Positions 49,484-57,200 of a stretch of 64,000 bases of DNA are shown here, in pieces. This DNA comes from a virus: the IMG/VR virus record IMGVR_UViG_3300028840_006907, positions 192,001 through 256,000 of that record; one strand, given 5' to 3'. Position numbers and translations under genes: made by a program. The number at the start of each line of letters is the position of its first letter. Position 1 is the first letter of the stretch. A model generated the notes under the pieces. It did not search any database, had not been told where the DNA came from, and saw only the letters and a program-made list of their open reading frames with translations.

Positions 49484-49750
49484 TCAGGTTTCAATTTTTC
49501 CGAAAGTAGCATTTGGTCTAACTGTAATGTTACCATTTTTATGGTGTTCAACAACTAATTCAGCAAATTCTGATGCTGGTCTATCATAATGATCTACTAA
49601 AGCCAATTTAATTTGTTCACCAGTTATATTATCCGATGTGATCTCGGTTCCTGGTTCAATCCCGAGTTGTTCCCATCTGTCTTCTGGGAAAAGATCTTTG
49701 AGATTAATATCTTCAGTTTGACCATCATACATTATATGGACTTCACTCAT
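49484..49750 (-). CDS. hypothetical small protein (first gene of the Ro60-like operon)
   Basis: ATG at 49750 with RBS AAGGAGG; promoter-like motif upstream; 88 aa. Confidence 0.5.
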   Translation of the reverse strand: MSEVHIMYDGQTEDINLKDLFPEDRWEQLGIEPGTEITSDNITGEQIKLALVDHYDRPASEFAELVVEHHKNGNITVRPNATFGKIET

Positions 49751-49790
49751 ATGAGCCTCCTTGTAATAAGTTAAAAAAAGAGTCCCGTAT

Positions 49791-49806
49791 ATTATACGAC
49801 ACGAGA
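49791..49806 (-). promoter_or_regulatory. promoter-like motif TCTCGTGTCGTATAAT (minus strand)
   Basis: Copy of recurrent element ~35 nt upstream of the minus-strand operon RBS. Confidence 0.45.
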
Positions 49807-49888
49807 TTAACATTTCATTAAGTAAAAAATTGGGTAGAATATAAATTCTTGTGTGTCATCATGGTAAATAACTTTTTTAAAAAAATTA

Positions 49889-49917
49889 TTGACACACTTA
49901 AAATTTATGGTTATATT
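49889..49917 (+). promoter_or_regulatory. sigma70-like promoter candidate for the tRNA / structured RNA locus
   Basis: TTGACA, 17-nt spacer, TATATT, ~40 nt upstream of tRNA. Confidence 0.4.
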
Positions 49918-49955
49918 ATTGACAGTTCTGCACTCTAACTTTTGATGCTTACATA

Positions 49956-50032
49956 GAGAAAATAGCTCAGTTGGTCAGAGCGCGAGATTTAGGTTCTTGA
50001 AGTCTTCGGTTCAATTCCGAATTTTCTTACCA
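49956..50032 (+). tRNA. tRNA, predicted anticodon UAG (Leu-type) with short variable loop and encoded CCA
   Basis: Cloverleaf: acceptor GAGAAAA/TTTTCTT, D arm GCTC-AGTTGGTCA-GAGC, anticodon arm CGAGA-TTTAGGT-TCTTG, 5-nt variable loop, T arm TTCGG-TTCAATT-CCGAA, A73, CCA. Confidence 0.75.
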
Positions 50033-50249
50033 TAAAATTAGCACCTTCAACTTGTGCAGAACTACTTAAACCAAGAAATAAAAGTCAGACATTCTAATTA
50101 TTAGGGCGTACATGGCGTTAAAACCATGCTTCCTGCAGAAATCAGGAAGCAATCTCTGGGCCAAGGCTCAGGGGCGCACTGATGACTTATGTCTGACTTA
50201 ATATAGATTGTAAAGTGTTGTAAAATAAATTTGATCTTTGAAAATTATA

Positions 50250-50429
50250 GGATAATGCCTTCTAACCTGTTGGGCTTACAAATTTTACTGGTTCGACTCC
50301 AGGTTCCGCCTCTCGGTCCTTTTGTAAAGATTGTAAAGGATCAGGAGGCGGAACAAGCCGGGTGGTCTGGCGATTGAATGCAAATCAATTTATTTGAAAT
50401 TAACGCTCTTTTAACTTGGGCATTTATCC
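50250..50429 (+). ncRNA. tRNA-mimic structured RNA unit 1 (Y RNA / YrlA-like candidate)
   Basis: Outer stem GGATAATGCC/GGCATTTATCC then T-run; T-arm-like GGTTCGACTCC; long hairpin GTTCCGCCTC...GAGGCGGAAC; D-arm-like GCCGGGTGGTCTGGC; hairpin ATTGA-ATGCAAA-TCAAT. Confidence 0.55.
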
Positions 50430-50477
50430 TTTTTTATAGTAATTTATAATTTTATATAAAGTGATCTTTGAAAATAT

Positions 50478-50660
50478 GAGGTAAGTGCCTCCTAACATAA
50501 CGGGCTTACAAATTAATAGGGTTCAACTCCCTGTTCCCCCGCCTAAGTCTTTGTCATATAATGATTAAGATTTGGGCGGGGGAACGAGCTGGGTGGTTCA
50601 GCAATCAACGTTTAATTGATGAAAAACATTTTTACGCTCTTTTAACTTAGGCACTTACTC
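50478..50660 (+). ncRNA. tRNA-mimic structured RNA unit 2 (Y RNA / YrlA-like candidate)
   Basis: Outer stem GAGGTAAGTGCC/GGCACTTACTC then T-run; T-arm-like GGGTTCAACTCCC; long hairpin GTTCCCCCGCC...GGCGGGGGAAC; D-arm-like GCTGGGTGGTTCAGC; hairpin ATCAA-CGTTTAA-TTGAT. Confidence 0.55.
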
Positions 50661-50683
50661 TTTTTATTAAATTGAAATTACAA

Positions 50684-50855
50684 GGAGCACCTTCTAACCT
50701 GTTGGGCTTACAAGTTATTCGGGGTTCAAATCCCTGTCCCGGCACTAGGTTGATTCCCTAAAAGTCAACCCAGTGCCGGGATAGCCAAATTGGTAAAGGC
50801 GACTATATTGAACATAGTAAACAAAACTATCTACGCTCTTTTAACTTGGGTGCTC
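50684..50855 (+). ncRNA. tRNA-mimic structured RNA unit 3 (Y RNA / YrlA-like candidate)
   Basis: Outer stem GGAGCACC/GGTGCTC; T-arm-like GGGGTTCAAATCCC; long hairpin TCCCGGCACT...AGTGCCGGGA; D-arm-like GCCAAATTGGTAAAGGC; hairpin ACTAT-ATTGAAC-ATAGT. Confidence 0.55.
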
Positions 50856-50899
50856 TTTATATATTTCTCGCAAAAGGAATACAGGGTGAAACAGGAGTA

Positions 50900-50940
50900 T
50901 AGGGATTAAGAAGAAATTTTTGATCCCTATTTTATTTTTT
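50900..50940 (+). terminator. terminator candidate after RNA locus
   Basis: TAGGGAT ... ATCCCTA stem with 16-nt loop followed by TTTTATTTTTT. Confidence 0.35.
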
Positions 50941-50955
50941 CCCGGATTTTCCCTA

Positions 50956-50972
50956 CCTTCATGTCGTATAAT
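50956..50972 (+). promoter_or_regulatory. promoter-like motif CCTTCATGTCGTATAAT
   Basis: 16/17 identical to the element at 18192-18208; ~45 nt upstream of ATG 51016. Confidence 0.45.
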
Positions 50973-51015
50973 TATTAGATAAAGATTTTCTAAACATTTT
51001 ATTAGGTAATTAATT

Positions 51016-53643
51016 ATGACATGTAAAATTTGTAAGAGTAATCTTTCTTATACTTTTGATAAATTTCCAGCTTATAAGTTCTGTCCTTGTTGTAACCTTT
51101 ATTTTCAAGAAGAATTTCCACCAAAGATATTTGAAGGTCCTGATGAGAATAACGGGCATGGTCCCGGTACAGGTCATTTAATGTCTGAGGATGAAAAGGA
51201 AATAAATAAAAATTTCGCTAATGTTCTCTATGATATGTTTATTCCTCGAACTCTTCTAGATATAGGTTGTAAATACCCCTATTTTATTAGTGTGTTAAAA
51301 GATAAAATAGATGTATTAGGAATTGATCCTATTTCAGAGATCTTGAAATATGGAGAAGAATTGGGTGTCTCTGTAATTCGTGATGATTTTGAAGATATGA
51401 ATATTACTCCTTTAAAAAATAAATTCGATTTAATAACTTTGATACATACTTTCGAACATTTTTATAGCCCAATAGAGACCATGAAAAAGATAATCGAATG
51501 TCTTACTCATAGAGGAGTGCTTTTAATAAGAATTCCAAACATAGATATTGAAGGTATAGAAAGAGATTTTACTGATCATCATGTTCAAATCCATCCCTTT
51601 ATATATTCAACACAAGCAATGTATCGAATCGCTCAAAAATTTGATTGTGAAATTTTTAGGGTCGATGATATTATTGGATATGGCCAGAGCGATTTTTATT
51701 TAAGGAAGAAAAGGGACCATCTTTCTTTATCGGTTTGTATGATTGTAAAAGATGAGGAAAAGAATGTTTCTGATTGTTTGGAGAGTATAAAAGATGTAGC
51801 TGATGAAATCATAGTTGTGGATACCGGATCTATAGATAATACCAAAGAAATAGTATCCAAATATACAACAAAGATATATGACTTTAAATGGATTGATGAC
51901 TTTTCTGCTGCTAGAAATCACTCTTTAAGTAAGGCAACGGGTGACTTTATTTTATGGCTTGATGCTGATGATATTGTAGAAAATCCAGAAAAGATTAATG
52001 AAATATTAAAAAATGATGATGCTAAGATATTTAATTTTAATATTAAATATGGAAATGATGTCTTTAGTCAGGCTAGACTATTTAGGAATTTTTATAATAT
52101 AAAATTTTCTGGTAGAGTTCATGAATATCCTGTAATCGATAATTTATATATAAAAGATACTGAAGTTAATGTAATTCATAAAACCGAAAAACATTCAACA
52201 GAAAACCGTTCTGATAGAAATCTCCGTCTCCTTAAAAAAGAATACGAAGATAATCCGAACAATTCCCGGACACTTTTTTACCTGGCAAGTGCTTATAAAG
52301 AACTTACTCGTTGGGATGAAGCTATAGATTTTTATCGAAAATATTTAACTATTTCTATCTGGAAAGATGAGAGATGGATGGCTCAAAAGAATATTGGATG
52401 TATTCTTTCCTGGAATAGAAAATATGAAGAAGCCATTGAAGAATTGAAGAAGGCTATTGAAATAGATGATCGATGGGCTGAGTCATATTATTATATAGCT
52501 GAGTGTTATTTCTATTTAAAAAACCCTCAAGAATGTATAAACTGGTCTTTAAAAGCTATTGAGAAAAAGATGCCCGAATCACCTCTTTGGAAAGAGATCC
52601 CAATTTATAATGACGCACCATACCGTTATCTCTTTGCTTCTTATGGTTCTTTAGGTGATTTTGAGAAAGCATTGCATTATTGTAAGATAGCATCAGAAAA
52701 AGTTCCTGAGGATGAATGGCTTAAGGAAAGAGTCACTTATTTTGAGAATGCTACAAAAGGAGTTCCTGTTGTAGTCGAATGTAATCGGTGGGGGGCTTTG
52801 GGTGATTGTTTAATGACAACTGCATCTTTACGTGCCATTAAGCATAAGATTCCGGGTTGTTTTATAAGATATGTCACCCATCCTAGTATGTTCCCGATCC
52901 TTGAAGGGAATAAGTTTATAGATGAACTTGTATCAGAATCTAAATCTGAGAACTCAGAAAAGGTTTATTTCTCATATCCTGACAGTAAATCTCCTATTAA
53001 AGATGAAGGTTATCCTAATAAGCCTTTGAATCGCCATTTAGTACGTATATTCGCAGAATGTGCTGGTTTAAAAGAATTTGATAATCTAAAGATGGAGTGT
53101 ACTCTTACAAAAGATGAGGAGAAATCAGGTCAGTCATTGAGATCTCGATTTAAGAAATATGTGACTCTTCATATCCATTCGGGTTGGTCTGAGTATAAGG
53201 ATTGGTATAATGATCGTTGGGAGACTGTTGTAGATGAGTTATTTAAAAGAGGTTACGTGGTTGTTCAGCTAGGCCATAAAGATGAGGGTCTCTTAGTTGG
53301 TACTGTGGATTATAGAGGCCATACTATAAAAGAAGCTATCTCTGCAATAAAATATGCTGATATTCATTTAGGAGTGGATTCATTTACAAACCATGCCTCG
53401 GCTACTGTGGGGACTCCTGCAGTTATTTTATTTGGGTCTACTTCTCCAACCGGTTCCGGGTATGATCAGAATATAAACCTTTATAAAGATTTGAAATGTC
53501 AGCCTTGTTATAAAGAATATGCATGGTCTAAGGATAATAAAGGAAAATGTCCTTATAATAAACTATGTATGGATCAGATCCTGGTTCAGGAAGTATTAGA
53601 CGGTTTTATGAGATTAGAAAAAAAATTATTTATTGATGGATAA
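51016..53643 (+). CDS. multidomain glycosyltransferase (Zn-ribbon, methyltransferase-like, GT2, TPR, GT9-like)
   Basis: N-terminal CxxC pairs; LLDIGC methyltransferase-like motif; GT2 core SVCMIVKDEE...EIIVVDTGSIDNT...LWLDADD; TPR-like helices; C-terminal GT9-type LGVDSFTNHASATVGTPAVILFG. Confidence 0.7.
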   Translation: MTCKICKSNLSYTFDKFPAYKFCPCCNLYFQEEFPPKIFEGPDENNGHGPGTGHLMSEDEKEINKNFANVLYDMFIPRTLLDIGCKYPYFISVLKDKIDVLGIDPISEILKYGEELGVSVIRDDFEDMNITPLKNKFDLITLIHTFEHFYSPIETMKKIIECLTHRGVLLIRIPNIDIEGIERDFTDHHVQIHPFIYSTQAMYRIAQKFDCEIFRVDDIIGYGQSDFYLRKKRDHLSLSVCMIVKDEEKNVSDCLESIKDVADEIIVVDTGSIDNTKEIVSKYTTKIYDFKWIDDFSAARNHSLSKATGDFILWLDADDIVENPEKINEILKNDDAKIFNFNIKYGNDVFSQARLFRNFYNIKFSGRVHEYPVIDNLYIKDTEVNVIHKTEKHSTENRSDRNLRLLKKEYEDNPNNSRTLFYLASAYKELTRWDEAIDFYRKYLTISIWKDERWMAQKNIGCILSWNRKYEEAIEELKKAIEIDDRWAESYYYIAECYFYLKNPQECINWSLKAIEKKMPESPLWKEIPIYNDAPYRYLFASYGSLGDFEKALHYCKIASEKVPEDEWLKERVTYFENATKGVPVVVECNRWGALGDCLMTTASLRAIKHKIPGCFIRYVTHPSMFPILEGNKFIDELVSESKSENSEKVYFSYPDSKSPIKDEGYPNKPLNRHLVRIFAECAGLKEFDNLKMECTLTKDEEKSGQSLRSRFKKYVTLHIHSGWSEYKDWYNDRWETVVDELFKRGYVVVQLGHKDEGLLVGTVDYRGHTIKEAISAIKYADIHLGVDSFTNHASATVGTPAVILFGSTSPTGSGYDQNINLYKDLKCQPCYKEYAWSKDNKGKCPYNKLCMDQILVQEVLDGFMRLEKKLFIDG

Positions 53644-53940
53644 ACGCCATGTAGCAATTATTCCTTTTGGGTTCTCTATAGATACGTTTGTAGTAAATTG
53701 AGAAAGGAGTTCAAAAGGAGTGGTACAAATTACTTCTTTAAGTTCATGCTTATCTATAAGGACTGGTCCATAAGCTACGAAAAAGCAATTAATTATCAAT
53801 TCTATTAGATCAGTTGAGTTAAATTCCTCGATCCATTCTCTCATAAAATCACACCAGGCTTGAGGTGTTGGGGTATCGTCATGTTTTTCAAAGAGTTTTG
53901 CTAATTCCGTATAATCTTGATTTGTGTAAGTGATGCTCAT
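53626..53940 (-). CDS. hypothetical protein
   Basis: 104-aa minus-strand ORF convergent with glycosyltransferase. Confidence 0.35.
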   Translation of the reverse strand: MSITYTNQDYTELAKLFEKHDDTPTPQAWCDFMREWIEEFNSTDLIELIINCFFVAYGPVLIDKHELKEVICTTPFELLSQFTTNVSIENPKGIIATWRLSINK

Positions 53941-54250
53941 CTGGTATTCCTTTCTTTACGTCTTCAATTCTAACCTCTATAAATATTATACCAGGAATTG
54001 GGTGAAAAACTGCCAAAATAATTTCGGCCTTTTTGTAACCTCATAGATATCAATAGATTACCACAGATAAAAATTTATCCTATTATTTATATCTTATTAT
54101 CCATTTTAATAATGTTTTAATACTATCTAGCTCCAATAAAATCTTCTATTCTAATAAATGTTCTTAGTGGGACATATCCGAGGATCAGAATTTACTTTAA
54201 GTGCTACCTTAGGTAAGATGATCTAACCGGCAAAAAGCTAAGGAGTTACG

Positions 54251-57200
54251 ATGGCCAAGACAAAAAGGAAATGGATTGAGCTGGATTGGTACAATCCCAA
54301 TGCCTTACGTGCACAAGACATACCTTACGATCAAACCGAAAGTGTAAAAGATGCTATAGATAGAGCTGCCTCTGGAGTTCTCGGTCCGACGGGGACCACG
54401 GGTTCGACCGGTTCAACAGGTTCGACGGGTCCAACGGGTCCGACGGGAGCCACGGGTGCGACGGGAGCAGGAATCCAGGGTGAAACCGGAGTCGCTGGAG
54501 TTCAAGGAGCTACCGGAACCGGTGGTGGTGGAGATACTGGTGTCCAGGGTGAGACCGGTTTACCCGGAGCCACAGGAATCCAAGGTACAACCGGTATCCA
54601 GGGAACTACAGGAATCCAAGGTGAAACTGGAATCCAGGGACATACAGGTACAGTTGGAACAACGGGTGTTCAAGGAGAAACCGGTTCTCAGGGTACTACT
54701 GGAATCCAGGGAGAAACTGGAGTAAAAGGTGAAACTGGTATTCAAGGTCAAACCGGTATAGCTGGTGGAGCAGGATTTCCAGGAGCAACTGGAGTCCAGG
54801 GCGAAACCGGAGTCCAAGGAACTACTGGGGTTCAAGGGGAAACCGGGGTTCAAGGAACCACAGGAGTAGCCGGAGCAACCGGAGTCCAGGGAACTACTGG
54901 CGTCCAGGGAACTACTGGCATCCAAGGTGAAACGGGTGTCCAGGGAGATACTGGAGTTGGTGCCACTGGAATCCAAGGAACCACAGGTATCCAGGGTCAA
55001 ACCGGTGTTCAAGGTATCACCGGAGCTTATGGTGGTCCTCCTGGAGAAACTGGTGTCAAGGGAGAAACCGGAGTACAGGGGGCTACTGGAATCCAAGGTC
55101 TTCAAGGATTGCAGGGAACCAAAGGTGAGACCGGAACACAAGGTATTCAAGGCCAGACCGGAGTTCAGGGAGAAACTGGAGTTCAAGGGCAGACTGGTAC
55201 AGGTGCTCCAGGAGCCACTGGAGTTCAAGGGCAGACTGGTATCCAGGGAACCACTGGAATAGGTTTAGGTTCAACAGGAGTAGCGGGAGCAACTGGAATT
55301 CAAGGTACTACCGGAGTTCAAGGTAGGACTGGAGTCCAAGGATTTACCGGAGCTGCTGGTTTAGGTGAAACTGGTATCCAAGGAGCTACCGGAGTCCAGG
55401 GTGCCACAGGTATTCAAGGGACTACTGGTGCAGGAATCCAAGGAGCCACAGGTATTAGTGGTGACACGGGAGTTCAAGGAGCCACAGGAATTAGAGGTAC
55501 TACTGGTGCAGGAATCCAAGGAGCCACGGGGGTTCAGGGCATTCAAGGTCAAACTGGAGCCCAGGGCGAAACCGGAGTCCAGGGTGAAACCGGAATAGAA
55601 GGTTCTCAATTTGCAGGATTTAATTATAAAGCAAAAACAGACAATCAATCTGATACAGATCCTGGTATAGGAAATTTAAAGTGGAGTGCTGTAGCTCAAG
55701 TCACATCTAGTGAGCTTTATGTGGATGATGCTGACGTTAATTCTACGGATCTCAGTAATTTTTACCTCACTTTAAAAGCTGCCGACTCTTTACGTATTGT
55801 TCGTATGGAAGATCCTTCTCAGTATCAGATTTTTAATATAACAAACGTTACTGATAGAACCGGATGGTTCCGTTTATCTGTTACACCTGTTGTTTCAGGT
55901 GGTTCGACTTTTAGTTTAAATGATAATATCATACTGATATTTAGTATATCAGGTCCTAGAGGTCAGACCGGAGTAAAAGGTGAGACTGGAATTCAAGGAA
56001 CTACAGGTGTTGCCGGAGCCACAGGAGTCCAAGGTCAAACTGGAATTCAGGGTCAAACTGGAATCCAGGGCATACAGGGCCAGACTGGAATTCAAGGACA
56101 AACTGGTATTCAAGGTCAAACAGGAATCCAAGGTCAGACAGGTGTTGGCGCTCAGGGTGCTACTGGTGTAGCTGGTCAAACCGGGGTCCAGGGAGAAACT
56201 GGGATACAAGGTCAGACTGGTGCAGGAATCCAGGGAACTACTGGTGTTCAAGGCGTTCAAGGATTAACAGGTGTGCAAGGCCAGACAGGTGCCGGAATCC
56301 AAGGTGAAACCGGAGTCCAGGGTACTCAAGGTTTAACCGGTATACAGGGTCAGACAGGTGCTGGAATCCAAGGAGAGACTGGTGTTCAGGGAAACACTGG
56401 GGCTTTTGGTGGTCCTCCCGGAGAAACTGGTGTTCAGGGAGAAACTGGTGCACAAGGTTTAACTGGAGTCCAAGGTCAAACCGGAGCAGGTATTCAGGGA
56501 GCCACTGGTATTCAAGGAGTTACTGGAGTTCAAGGCCAAACCGGTGCTGGTATTCAAGGAGTCACTGGAATCCAAGGACAAACTGGTATACAGGGTCAGA
56601 CAGGAGTAGCAGGTCAGACCGGAGTCCAAGGAATACAAGGCCAGACAGGAGTAGCAGGTCAGACCGGAGTTCAAGGAATTCAAGGACAAACCGGAATAGC
56701 AGGTCAGACCGGAGTTCAGGGTATACAAGGTCAAACTGGAATTCAAGGGCAGACTGGTGCTGGAATCCAAGGTACAACTGGAGTAGCCGGAGCTACAGGA
56801 GTTCAGGGAATTCAAGGTCAAACAGGAGCTGGAATCCAAGGTACAACTGGAGTCCAGGGAACTACAGGAGTTCAAGGTGAAACTGGTACTGGTATTCAGG
56901 GAGAAACTGGTACGCAAGGTATTCAGGGTCAAACCGGAATTCAGGGACAGACTGGGATTCAAGGTAATACTGGTGTAAAAGGTGAAACCGGAGTTCAGGG
57001 TTTTCCAGGTCCTCAGGGTACGAAAGGTGATACTGGTGCTCAAGGTATTCAAGGTGAGACAGGAACTCAAGGAATTCAGGGCCAAACTGGAGTAGCTGGA
57101 GAAACTGGAGTTCAGGGTCAAACGGGTACTCAAGGAATTCAGGGTCAGACTGGTGTAGCTGGTGCAACTGGTGCGGGAATTCAAGGTCAAACTGGTGTTC

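Noticed and set aside
50190-50196. CUGAUGA hammerhead-ribozyme core motif
   Set aside because: No adjacent stem II hairpin, GAAA element or stem III in the required arrangement; a 7-mer is expected by chance several times in 64 kb.
50250-50855. CRISPR array as explanation of the tandem units
   Set aside because: Units are ~180 nt, internally structured and mutually divergent, with no short identical repeats alternating with unique spacers.
50250-50855. Genuine permuted tRNA genes encoding functional tRNAs
   Set aside because: All three units share the same non-tRNA conserved blocks, a closing stem and T-run, lack an encoded CCA after the acceptor-like strand, and sit beside a Ro60-like gene, which fits a Y-RNA-type tRNA mimic better. 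Not excluded without experiments.
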